Assembly: GCA_020059465.1 (NCBI GenBank)
Contig: JAGVBZ010000030.1
Coordinates: 199,976 to 263,975, forward strand
Source of the DNA: Brevinematales bacterium
Lineage (GTDB): Bacteria > Spirochaetota > Brevinematia > Brevinematales > GWF1-51-8
Length of the DNA stretch: 64,000 nt
Direction: 5' to 3'
Part shown: one piece after another, positions 37,340 to 46,285 of the stretch
How the letters are laid out: each line of letters begins with the position of its first letter
How positions within the stretch are numbered: the first letter of the stretch is position 1
The notes under the pieces: generated by a model
Databases searched by the model: none
What the model was told of the DNA's origin: nothing
The model's input: only the letters and a program-made list of their open reading frames with translations
Position numbers and translations under genes: made by a program

Positions 37340-38533
37340 TTCGCCGCCGGGCATCGTTCCCATACCGGCAGCCGCGCGAAGCGCGTCGTCATACACCCGC
37401 CGGAACGGGATATTATTCGCGCGGGCTAACTCCGCGCAGTCCTCGTACTCCGGCGCGGCGCTGACCCGTTCGCCGTCAAAATACCCCAGCTTGACCCGCA
37501 CTTTCCCCCACTCAGTCGCCGCTTCGGCAGTATCGCGCCGAAGGATTACCCGTTCTGTCGTACGCACCCGCGCGCCGAGCGTACCCGTCTCGCGGAACAG
37601 CACTGCAAGGAGTTCGCCGCGCTGTCCGGGCATGGCGATCACGGAAAGCACGTGCCCCGGCCTCCCTTTTTTCATCAGTACAGGCGCAATGGTGACGTCG
37701 AGCGCGCCCGCGCCGAATAATTTCTCCTGAGCGTACCCGAGCGCTTCGGGAGAAATGTTGTCTATATTCGTGATTATTTCTATGACAGTTTCACTGCACG
37801 TTTCGGAAGCATCCGCGCTCTCGCCGAGCGTCAGCCTGAGCAGGTTCGGGCGCTCGTCGAAATCCTTACTGCCCGCGCCGTAACCCGATCCGGTCACCGT
37901 CATCGGCGGCATCACCCCGAACCCGCCGGCAAGCTCCCGCAGAAGCGCGGCCCCCGTGGGGGTCGTGAGCTCCGATTCGATACCGCCGTCGATCACAGGG
38001 ATTCCCTCAAGGAGGCGCAGGGTCGCAGGCGCGGGAACAGGCAAAATCCCGTGCGCGCATCTGACGGTACCGTGCCCCGTCGCCACCGGAGACGAATATA
38101 CCTGATCTATACCGAGCATCGAGAAGCCGAGTATTGTCCCGGCGATATCGTAAATCGAATCGAGCGCGCCTATCTCATGGAAATGCACTTCTTCCGGGGC
38201 GATATTATGGATAGCCCCCTCCACCCCCGCTATTTCGCGGAACACCTTCATTGTTCGTTCCTTCACCCCCGCGGGAAGCCCGGACTTCCCTATAATCCCG
38301 CCTATCTCGCGGAGTCCGCGGTGCTCGTGTCTATGCCCGCGCTCCGTTATCTCGAAGTATGTTCCGGTTATCCCGTGCTTCTGCACTTTTTTTACCGACG
38401 GTTCGCATTCGCTGAGCCCGAGGGAGTCCATCGCGGATTTCCACTCGCCGAACGGAAGCCCGGCATCCAGAAGCGCGCCGACTAGCATATTCCCGCTCGC
38501 GCCGGAAAAACAGTCGAGGTACGCGATTCTCAT
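37331..38533 (-). CDS. larC: nickel-pincer cofactor biosynthesis protein LarC (nickel insertion, DUF111)
   Basis: 400 aa. MRIAYLDCFSGASGNMLVGALLDAG and HFHEIGALDSI are typical LarC N-terminal motifs. Confidence 0.88.
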   Translation of the reverse strand: MRIAYLDCFSGASGNMLVGALLDAGLPFGEWKSAMDSLGLSECEPSVKKVQKHGITGTYFEITERGHRHEHRGLREIGGIIGKSGLPAGVKERTMKVFREIAGVEGAIHNIAPEEVHFHEIGALDSIYDIAGTILGFSMLGIDQVYSSPVATGHGTVRCAHGILPVPAPATLRLLEGIPVIDGGIESELTTPTGAALLRELAGGFGVMPPMTVTGSGYGAGSKDFDERPNLLRLTLGESADASETCSETVIEIITNIDNISPEALGYAQEKLFGAGALDVTIAPVLMKKGRPGHVLSVIAMPGQRGELLAVLFRETGTLGARVRTTERVILRRDTAEAATEWGKVRVKLGYFDGERVSAAPEYEDCAELARANNIPFRRVYDDALRAAAGMGTMPGGESE

Positions 38534-39375
38534 GGCGTTTCTCCGTCACCGGATGAGAGATCGTTGTTAAAGTCGGAAATTTCCTTATTCGCAGAGGATA
38601 TTTCCCTATCCGGAACAGACGGATTCCCGTTTTTATAGATCAGTCCGGCGGAAAAACCCGCCCCGAACCCGTTATCGATATTGACGACCGAGACCCCCGG
38701 CGCGCAGGAATTGAGCATCGATAAGAGCGCGGCGATCCCCTGAAAGTTCGCGCCGTATCCGACGCTGGTGGGCACCGCTATCACAGGGCAAGGAACAATT
38801 CCGCCGACCACGCTCGCAAGCGCCCCCTCCATTCCCGCGACCACCACCGCCGCGCGCGCGTCCAGCAGGATATCCAGATGCGCGAGGAGACGATGCACCC
38901 CCGCGACACCGACGTCGTACAGGCGAACCACCCGGCATCCGAGGAGTTCGGCGGTCACCGCAGCCTCCTCAGCGACAGGCAGGTCGGAAGTGCCCGCGGA
39001 AACCACTGCGATATACGGGCCGTCTTCCTTCAGCGCAGGGACAGCCCCGACAGTCACTATCCGCGCGGTCTCGAAATAATCCGCGCGTCCCCGGAGATAC
39101 TTGAGCGCGTCGTAAACATCCTTGCCTGCGCGAGTCCCGATCACCAGCGCCTGCGATTCGGAAAGACGTTCGAAGATCGCGGTAATCTGTTCGATGGTCT
39201 TACCCTGGCAGAACACCACCTCCGGAAAACCCTGACGGATATTCCGGTGGGTGTCGAGACGGGCGAAACCGAGATCGGCGTAGGGAAGATGTCGGAGCGT
39301 GTTCATCGCATCGTCCACAGGAATCTTTCCCGCGCGGACATCCTCCAGCAGGGATTTTATTTTATCTTTATCCAT
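38530..39375 (-). CDS. larB: LarB (pyridinium-3,5-biscarboxylic acid mononucleotide synthase, AIR-carboxylase-like)
   Basis: 281 aa. N-terminal DLGFARLDTHR region, PurE-like core VVSAGTSDLPVAEEA...VAGMEGALASVVGG. 4-nt overlap with larC. Confidence 0.85.
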   Translation of the reverse strand: MDKDKIKSLLEDVRAGKIPVDDAMNTLRHLPYADLGFARLDTHRNIRQGFPEVVFCQGKTIEQITAIFERLSESQALVIGTRAGKDVYDALKYLRGRADYFETARIVTVGAVPALKEDGPYIAVVSAGTSDLPVAEEAAVTAELLGCRVVRLYDVGVAGVHRLLAHLDILLDARAAVVVAGMEGALASVVGGIVPCPVIAVPTSVGYGANFQGIAALLSMLNSCAPGVSVVNIDNGFGAGFSAGLIYKNGNPSVPDREISSANKEISDFNNDLSSGDGETP

Positions 39376-40177
39376 TCATCAGTTCCTTCGGGTTCATCTT
39401 ACCCTGCCGGTATCCGTCGAGGTCGAGGCAGAATGTCTCGTAGCCCAGCGAACGAAGCCGCTCTATCAGGTCGGCGCGAAACTTGTTATCGGTCAGACGC
39501 GCCATCTCCTCAGGGGCTATCTCAATCCGCGCGGTAGGAAACGTATCCCTGACGCGCACGACCGAAAACCCCTGATTGTTCAGGAATTCCTCAGCCTCTC
39601 CGATCCGCCTCAGCCGTTCCGGCGTAATCCGTTCACCGTAGGGTATACGGGTGGCGAGGCACGGCGATGCGGGGCGATCCGCGGTAGGGAGATTGAAACG
39701 GCGGGACAGTTCGCGAATCTCCTTTTTAGTAAGCCCTGTTTCAAGGAGGGGGCTGCGTATCCCGAGTTCCCGCACCGCGCGCATCCCGGGACGGTAGTCG
39801 TTCAGATCGTCGGCGTTCGTCCCCTCGACAATCGTCACATCGCCGGGAAGAGTATCCTTTAGCTTCGAGAACCGTGAAAGTTTACAATGGTAGCAGCGTT
39901 CGGGGGTATTCTCGGCAAATTCGGGATTTTCCAGTTCGTCCGGCATCGGTATCACCTCGAACGGCGCCCCGATCAGCAAGGCGGTTTCACCCGCGCTCGT
40001 CAGCTCGCCCGGCTTATTGAGCGGGGAATCAACCATATAGGCGGTTGTATTTCCGGGGCGGGCTTCCCACGCTGCTTTCAGAAGGAGCGTGCTGTCGACA
40101 CCGCCGGAATACGCCACCCCGATCTTCTCCATCCGCGACAGCATTCCCATCAATTTTGCGAGTTTTTTGTCAAGCAT
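39368..40177 (-). CDS. larE: LarE (ATP-dependent sacrificial sulfur transferase, PP-loop)
   Basis: 269 aa. PP-loop GVAYSGGVDSTLL, CYHCK, Cys-containing SPCLATRIPYG. 8-nt overlap with larB. Confidence 0.85.
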   Translation of the reverse strand: MLDKKLAKLMGMLSRMEKIGVAYSGGVDSTLLLKAAWEARPGNTTAYMVDSPLNKPGELTSAGETALLIGAPFEVIPMPDELENPEFAENTPERCYHCKLSRFSKLKDTLPGDVTIVEGTNADDLNDYRPGMRAVRELGIRSPLLETGLTKKEIRELSRRFNLPTADRPASPCLATRIPYGERITPERLRRIGEAEEFLNNQGFSVVRVRDTFPTARIEIAPEEMARLTDNKFRADLIERLRSLGYETFCLDLDGYRQGKMNPKELMNG

Positions 40178-40357
40178 ACACGTTCCTTATTATAAAGTGA
40201 TATATCATAAATGAATTCATAAAAAATGTAAACATCCCGGATTTAAGCGAGAAATTTCAGATAAATCGGATATTAATATTGATTAAATTTAATTTCGGCT
40301 TATAATGTATTATAAATTAATTTTCCAAATTAGTTCATAGAGTGAAAGGAGCGGGAT

Positions 40358-40891
40358 ATGAAAATCTTAATATTGAATGCGCTGAAGGAGTGGATTCTTA
40401 AGGCATTCAGTCCGGAAAAATGGAAGGAAATTGCTGAAAGTTCAGGTCTCGGGGTAGAACAGTTCCGGGAAGGCGATAAAGTTTTCTCCGACGACCGTTT
40501 CGCCCTGCTGGTGGCAAATCTGTCCCATCTCCTCGATATGGCCGAAACGGAAGTCGTGGAACAATTCGTCCATTACTGGATGACAGATTTCGCGCCGAGA
40601 ATTTATTCGTACTACCTGAAAAAATCCGCCACCGCAAAGGAATTCGTACTCGGCATATTCCAGATGAATAACCTGCTCTGTAAATTATTCCCCAATAACC
40701 ACCTTTCGAAAGTCGATTATCAGGAAATCGACCGTTATACCCTGACCGCGGTGTACCCGACCGAAAAGGCGTTGGTCGATATAGTCGCTATCCTGCGCGG
40801 CGTCAACCAGCAGTTTACCGACCGTTTTACTATCCGCAAGATCAACCCCCACAGTGTGGAGATCATGTTCGAGAAACGGGAAGAAGTATAG
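40358..40891 (+). CDS. H-NOX/HNOB-like domain protein lacking the proximal heme His
   Basis: 177 aa, standalone. Collinear by eye with Thermoanaerobacter-type H-NOX (recalled from memory): MKILILNALKEWILKAF..., FxxMxxxx where the His is expected (GIFQMNNLLCKLF), and Y-P-T-E-K in place of Y-x-S-x-R. Confidence 0.5.
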   Translation: MKILILNALKEWILKAFSPEKWKEIAESSGLGVEQFREGDKVFSDDRFALLVANLSHLLDMAETEVVEQFVHYWMTDFAPRIYSYYLKKSATAKEFVLGIFQMNNLLCKLFPNNHLSKVDYQEIDRYTLTAVYPTEKALVDIVAILRGVNQQFTDRFTIRKINPHSVEIMFEKREEV

Positions 40892-41068
40892 GCTGCGCGG
40901 ATGCGCCTTATAATCGGCGCCGTTTCCCTATACCAGTTATTCGAATCCTGCCGCTCCGCGTATCTTTCATATTGATATCTTACCGCGCAAAAAAACATAA
41001 TTATTGGGAAACTCATCATTCTGTGCCATAATGCCTGATCGGGCAGGAACGTTTTTTCGGAGGTATTT

Positions 41069-41719
41069 ATGAATAGAAAAAAAATTCCCTCACCCGCGCT
41101 GATCGCAGGAACTATCATACTATCGGTTTTTTCAGTATTAAGCGGAATATCAGCACGCATACCCATGTCGTCCGCGCTCCCGTCGCAGACCCAGTACGAT
41201 AACGATATACCCGACCTAGAGTACGCACTGCCTGTCAACGCATTCTCGAAACTATCCTCGTCGTCCACCCTGAAGGCGCAGGGGGCAAACAATTACTCGG
41301 TCAAGAACCTGTTCGACCGCGACCTTTCCACATGCTGGAGCGAGGGAGTCAAAGGGGTAGGCGAAGGCGAATGGATCGAGTTCGAGCTGAAGGATGATAC
41401 CGGCATCTATGAAATATGGATAGGCGCGGGATATCTTAAATCTCCCGATACCTATAAAAAGAACTCCATTCCGCTTCGAATCGAGATTTCACTATTTTAC
41501 GACCACTCGGATAAACCGGACGTCATCTACGCCGATCTCAAGAGTATCGATAATTTTTATAACGATATGTACAACGGCGTACAGCTTTTAAATATGTTCG
41601 ACGAAACGATCCACCCCTATAAAATCCGGCTGACTATCTTAAAAGTTCTTCCCGGTACGAAGTATCAGGACACCTGTATCTCGGAACTTTACTTCTTCGG
41701 CACATTTAATGGAGAATGA
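41069..41719 (+). CDS. membrane-anchored/secreted protein with C-terminal discoidin-like (F5/8-C / glycan-binding-type) domain
   Basis: 216 aa with an N-terminal hydrophobic anchor. NLFDRDLSTCWSEGVKGVGEGEWIEFEL ... CISELYFFG. Confidence 0.65.
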   Translation: MNRKKIPSPALIAGTIILSVFSVLSGISARIPMSSALPSQTQYDNDIPDLEYALPVNAFSKLSSSSTLKAQGANNYSVKNLFDRDLSTCWSEGVKGVGEGEWIEFELKDDTGIYEIWIGAGYLKSPDTYKKNSIPLRIEISLFYDHSDKPDVIYADLKSIDNFYNDMYNGVQLLNMFDETIHPYKIRLTILKVLPGTKYQDTCISELYFFGTFNGE

Positions 41720-41785
41720 ATAATAATTAGATTGTTTCAGCGAACCGGAGTATAATAACCCGTCAGGACAACAACCGGGGGAATT

Positions 41786-43129
41786 ATGCAGAACTTCCCT
41801 TCCCGAATACGGACGCTTCTTTTCCGTGTCATTCCAATCATCATCCCGTGTATTCTCGCCGCCGATTATTTAACGATTACTCGTCCGTCCGTGATCGGGA
41901 CCGGCGCGGTACTGATCGATACTCCGAACGCGGTCAAGGTTGAGAAGGCCGTATTCAACCTCGTATTCGGGGATACGTTCTGCGATGTGACCGCCGAGTA
42001 CACCCTTCATAACTACGGCGGGACTGCATCTTTCCCGTTACATATCCCCGTCTATTATTTTAATGACGGTATCCCGGATAAAAAGTGGGGCGCGGACGAA
42101 TTCTCCATCCTCGCAGTCGCGGCCGGCAGTATAAAAATTCCCTGCTCTGACGCAACACAGCCCGCCCAGTACTCCCCTGAATATATCCGCGGTTATATCC
42201 TGTACAGCTCTGAAAAACCGCCGCTGATCGAAACCTATTATTATACGTTCAATCTGAAAATACCGTCCAAACAACCGTTGACAGTCAAAGTCGCCTACCG
42301 CGCCGCCCTGTTCCGCGAAGATCATATCAACAGCCAGTACTCGTTATCCGGCACTTTCGGTTACTCCCAGTTCCTCCTGGATTTCAGGCCGCTTGCGGGG
42401 TTCGGCGACGGCGTTATCGGCGAACTGAAGATCGTCGCGGATACCGGCATATTCGCCGGAAAATCGTCCGGGCTGATTCAATCCGTATTCCCCGAGGACG
42501 CGCTCTATTCGGCGTGGCAAGGCGGATTCTCCTATACGGTCAGCAATCTTTATATCACCGGCGCGCTTCCGCTGTATCTGGCATGGGACCTGTCGGGTTA
42601 CCTCAACGCGAGTTATATCATGAAACACACTCTTCCGAAAGAAGCGGTCAAAAAGACGGTCGCGTCGACTATCCTCAACTATAAGCAGGACCCGTTCAAG
42701 GAATTCTCGCTTACCTGCCTGTACGACAACCGTCTGGACACATGCTGGAGCGAGGGGAAAAAGGGTTCCGGGGAGGGCGAATGGATCGAGGTCAAGGTCG
42801 CGAAAGGATATAAGGTATCGGCGATAGCGGTCGCGACGGGATACCTCAAGACGGAGAACCTTTACAAGAAGAACTCAGTCCCCGTCAAATTCAGGGTGGA
42901 TTTTATCTATCCGGGCGGAAAGGTGAAAACGATGACCGCCGATCTCCCGAAGCTCCCATACAATAATATGGAACTTTACAGCCATATCCGCAAGCTGGTC
43001 GAACTGGACGCGCCGGAACGTGTGGATAAGATTCGGATTACGATACTGGGGGTGTCGCCCGGCAAGAAGTACGATAACGCGTGCATATCGGAATTGTATA
43101 TATTGGGGGAGAAGTCGAAGGGGAAATGA
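41786..43129 (+). CDS. larger paralog with the same C-terminal discoidin-like domain
   Basis: 447 aa. CLYDNRLDTCWSEGKKGSGEGEWIEVKV ... YLKTENLYKKNSVPVKF ... CISELYILG parallels 41069..41719. Confidence 0.65.
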   Translation: MQNFPSRIRTLLFRVIPIIIPCILAADYLTITRPSVIGTGAVLIDTPNAVKVEKAVFNLVFGDTFCDVTAEYTLHNYGGTASFPLHIPVYYFNDGIPDKKWGADEFSILAVAAGSIKIPCSDATQPAQYSPEYIRGYILYSSEKPPLIETYYYTFNLKIPSKQPLTVKVAYRAALFREDHINSQYSLSGTFGYSQFLLDFRPLAGFGDGVIGELKIVADTGIFAGKSSGLIQSVFPEDALYSAWQGGFSYTVSNLYITGALPLYLAWDLSGYLNASYIMKHTLPKEAVKKTVASTILNYKQDPFKEFSLTCLYDNRLDTCWSEGKKGSGEGEWIEVKVAKGYKVSAIAVATGYLKTENLYKKNSVPVKFRVDFIYPGGKVKTMTADLPKLPYNNMELYSHIRKLVELDAPERVDKIRITILGVSPGKKYDNACISELYILGEKSKGK

Positions 43130-43175
43130 TATTCATTCTAATACGCTTAGAAATATATTGTTTATTGTTTTTACT

Positions 43176-43388
43176 TTATGAAAATATCATCAGTTCGCTT
43201 TCAGTTTTATTATCGGGAATCAACAGCCCTTCCGCTTCCATTCCCTCAATATGGAACTTAATCCCTTCATAAATTAATTCTTCGGTTTCTTCTTTCGTAT
43301 CGCCAAAAGCAACACAACCCGGAAGGTCGGGGACATACGCGCTATACCCGTCTTTTGATTTTTCAAATAATACCACATATTTTTTCAT
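43176..43388 (-). CDS. hicB: HicB-family antitoxin
   Basis: 70 aa. YSAYVPDLPGCVAFGDTKEETEELIYEGIKFHIE is the HicB N-terminal fold signature. 4-nt overlap with hicA. Confidence 0.85.
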   Translation of the reverse strand: MKKYVVLFEKSKDGYSAYVPDLPGCVAFGDTKEETEELIYEGIKFHIEGMEAEGLLIPDNKTESELMIFS

Positions 43389-43597
43389 AGCTTCTCCTCA
43401 TCAATCTGAGCCTGCTTCATTATACTCTTCAGAGTTAATAATGGGACGTCTTTGGATAATTTATGACAGGCAATTGTTACCAAACCTTTTTTTATCGGAT
43501 GTTTATACTGCCGATGACTTCCTTTTTGCCTATCCAAGCACCAACCGTCTTTTTCAATAATTTTTATTATATCAGATACTTTATAATTTTTCATCAT
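43385..43597 (-). CDS. hicA: HicA-family mRNA interferase toxin
   Basis: 70 aa. VSDIIKIIEKDGWCLDRQKGSHRQYKHP...VTIACH (HicA G-S-H motif). Confidence 0.85.
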   Translation of the reverse strand: MMKNYKVSDIIKIIEKDGWCLDRQKGSHRQYKHPIKKGLVTIACHKLSKDVPLLTLKSIMKQAQIDEEKL

Positions 43598-43635
43598 TCA
43601 CCTTAGATTATTTTTCAGCAGTCTTCCACATCCCC

Positions 43636-44676
43636 TTACTTCACGAATATCGAGTTAATCCGCTCCAAGGCGTACATCCGCGCCAACTCGGGGTCTTCGC
43701 CCTCCTCTCCGGCGGTCTTTGCCGCCCCGTCAAGGATACCCTGCACGAACGAATGATCCGCCAGTCCCGGCGCGATCTGTACCACTCCCTCCATCGCGAG
43801 ACTATCCCATTTGATGCCGGAACGGTTCAGCGTATCCTCGAGCACCCTCCGCAGGGTGTCCAGCGATGTGAACCCCGGGGGCATCGTGCCCCGCGCGTTC
43901 ACCGTAAGCCTCGCGTTATCCTTGTCCTCCACCCCGGAGAGCATCTGTTCGAGTTTCTCAGGCAGAGTCTCGGCGGTATCGCGGATATTCACAGGAAGTT
44001 CGATAGTCTGCAGGTATGGGACAGGCAGGTCGATCCGGCGGGTCTTCCACTTTTCAGCGTCGGTGACAAACACCGCGCGCCGCCCTGTGACCGTGTTCGC
44101 GGTCGCCCATGCCGAACCCGGATACACCGCAGTCGTCTTCCCGGTGTTCCATTCCCGCGCGTTATGGTAATGCCCCAGCGCGGCGTACCGGAAATACCCG
44201 TCTATATCCTCCATGAATACCGGCATATATTTCTTATCGGTCATGCCGTAGAAACGGCGGTTGTCGAAAAAACTGCCGTGAAGCATCAGCACCGAGTTCT
44301 TCGGATCGGCGGGGATACGCCCGATCTCCGCGAACTCCTTATTATCGCGGTACGGCACCGCCCACAGCTCGACCCCGTCCATATCCCGTTCGCAATAATC
44401 CGCTTCCGGGTTGAGTATCTCGGAATTTTCCGACAACCGTTCGCGCCCCCTGAGGAACTCGAGGTCGTGATTGCCGGGAATGAGGTAGATGAAGCCGTTG
44501 AATTTACCGAAGATGTCGGAGACCTTTCCTTCGAGGGTCAGAGGCGCGCGGGGCTCGTCGAAAAAATCCCCCGCGATCAGGAGATAATCGCACTTCTCGA
44601 AGTTCGCTAGATCGACTATAATCTCAAGCGTCTTGAGGTCGTCCTTCTCCCTGAGGTGCGTATCGGATGTGTGCAT
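43636..44676 (-). CDS. calcineurin-like metallophosphoesterase (SbcD/Mre11-like) with C-terminal extension
   Basis: Start moved to the ATG at 44676 (MHTSDTHL). The track extension is R-rich and overlaps the upstream gene. Motifs DTHL, GDFFD, GNHD, HG, GHYH. Confidence 0.8.
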   Translation of the reverse strand: MHTSDTHLREKDDLKTLEIIVDLANFEKCDYLLIAGDFFDEPRAPLTLEGKVSDIFGKFNGFIYLIPGNHDLEFLRGRERLSENSEILNPEADYCERDMDGVELWAVPYRDNKEFAEIGRIPADPKNSVLMLHGSFFDNRRFYGMTDKKYMPVFMEDIDGYFRYAALGHYHNAREWNTGKTTAVYPGSAWATANTVTGRRAVFVTDAEKWKTRRIDLPVPYLQTIELPVNIRDTAETLPEKLEQMLSGVEDKDNARLTVNARGTMPPGFTSLDTLRRVLEDTLNRSGIKWDSLAMEGVVQIAPGLADHSFVQGILDGAAKTAGEEGEDPELARMYALERINSIFVK

Positions 44677-44690
44677 GAATTTCACAGATT

Positions 44691-45416
44691 CTACATCCCC
44701 CCGGCGGTTTCGGTCAGCCCGTCGAGCGTGAACGATGCGTCCGATAACGGATACTCGCCGATCTCGTCGATACCCCATGCCCCGGTGATCCCGTCGATTG
44801 CCGATGCCGCGAGAAGCCATCCGTTCTCAGGATGTGCGAGGAACCGCATCATCACGAGGGTTTTCGCGAGGCCGGACGTATTCTTATCCAACCCGTCCGT
44901 CAGGATTTTAAATTCCGGTAGGCCGCAGAAATAAAGATGTAGGTATTTCGCTTCGCCGGTCTTCTTGACGTCGATCACGCTAAATTCTTTACAGGCATAT
45001 CCGCCGATCGTCGTTTGACTGACTACATACTGCATCGTCAGATTCTTAAGAATATCCGACTGAGCGGCTTTCTGCTTGGCGAGCAGGTCGAGATAGCCCT
45101 GCAGCCCCTTGAACGGGAATTCGCGGTCGATCAGGAACGCGGTGACGTCGTTGTAGGTCTTGCTCTTCTCATCGACATCGACCATCCTATCGCCGATGAC
45201 TAGAGTATATTTCCCGGGGCGGTCGGAATAGACCATCTTCAGCTTATCGTGATAGATATAATACTTCACTATTATCGACGGTTCAGATTCGCGGACGGTA
45301 TACTGGATATAGTATCCGGGGTCGGCCAGCGAGCCGGGTTTCACGGAAACCCCTCCGCATGAAACGACTGCCGCCGCGATAAAAAAGAAAAGAACTGATA
45401 ATATAAATTTCTTCAT
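44691..45416 (-). CDS. lipoprotein, unknown function
   Basis: 241 aa. Lipobox AAVVSCGG. Beta-rich. Confidence 0.6.
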   Translation of the reverse strand: MKKFILSVLFFFIAAAVVSCGGVSVKPGSLADPGYYIQYTVRESEPSIIVKYYIYHDKLKMVYSDRPGKYTLVIGDRMVDVDEKSKTYNDVTAFLIDREFPFKGLQGYLDLLAKQKAAQSDILKNLTMQYVVSQTTIGGYACKEFSVIDVKKTGEAKYLHLYFCGLPEFKILTDGLDKNTSGLAKTLVMMRFLAHPENGWLLAASAIDGITGAWGIDEIGEYPLSDASFTLDGLTETAGGM

Positions 45417-45478
45417 TGTATCCCCCTAATGTGAGTACTATATCTTACCACGAACTCAGACTCTTTTCAATAAAGAGT

Positions 45479-46225
45479 TTATTTGCCGACAGGTAGTTCC
45501 TTCATTCCGTCGAGCGAAAACATTGAGGGATCGATCATCGTCTCTTCTACCGCGATAATTACAAACTTCGATCCTTTGAAACTCGGTTTATACAAGGGGT
45601 TTTCTCGCGACGGTTCCTCGATATTTTCATACTTCATCAATATCCCGAACTTTGGATGTTCGAAAAATATAGATTTTATCATCGTATTCGCGAAATACTC
45701 CGTGGAGGAATAAATATCTGCAAGCATTTCCTTTAATCGGGGGTCTTGCGAGAAATAGAACTGCATATATGAACCGTCGGACGCTTTCCCGACATACAAG
45801 TCGCATTTGAATCCCGCGGCGGTCACTTTTTTCCCGACCGACTTCGGGTCCATCTTTTCTATCAATTTCATTTTCAAATTATAGATGTTTTGCAGGTATT
45901 GCTTATCGCCGCCTGCCTTGTTGATGGGATGGTAATCCGTGATATCGTAATAAGATTGCGGGGGTATTACATGGAAGCACTTTTTCTCTTGGTATATTTT
46001 ATACGGTTCGTTTTTCATAGGCGACCCGTTTCCCATATAGAACATCTCATACATCCGGTCGCATGTAACAAAATAATTAAAATTATGCCATGTATTCGCG
46101 CCGTAGTATTTAACATACCCGCCGGAATACGTCCCGTATTTGATATGATATCCTTTTACTGTCTCGGCAAGCAGTTGCAGATTGATACCTATAATAAGAA
46201 ATAGCGCCCCAAAAACCGGCCTCAT
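45479..46225 (-). CDS. secreted protein, unknown function
   Basis: 248 aa with signal peptide MRPVFGALFLIIGINLQLLA. Loosely similar in organisation to 44691..45416 (YFC/YFS...P..K motif region). Confidence 0.55.
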   Translation of the reverse strand: MRPVFGALFLIIGINLQLLAETVKGYHIKYGTYSGGYVKYYGANTWHNFNYFVTCDRMYEMFYMGNGSPMKNEPYKIYQEKKCFHVIPPQSYYDITDYHPINKAGGDKQYLQNIYNLKMKLIEKMDPKSVGKKVTAAGFKCDLYVGKASDGSYMQFYFSQDPRLKEMLADIYSSTEYFANTMIKSIFFEHPKFGILMKYENIEEPSRENPLYKPSFKGSKFVIIAVEETMIDPSMFSLDGMKELPVGK

Positions 46226-46285
46226 CTATCCTCCGGTAAGGTATGCACTGATTTGAAGGCCTGCCCCAATTTCTTGTGCTCTCTA

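Noticed and set aside
40735-41292. 185-aa minus-strand ORF bridging the H-NOX-like gene end and the discoidin-protein start
   Set aside because: It overlaps two better-supported + strand genes and their intergenic region. No RBS or motif.
43753-44610. 285-aa + ORF opposite the metallophosphoesterase gene, and 51899..52750 opposite argH
   Set aside because: Shadow ORFs opposite genes with clear catalytic motifs.
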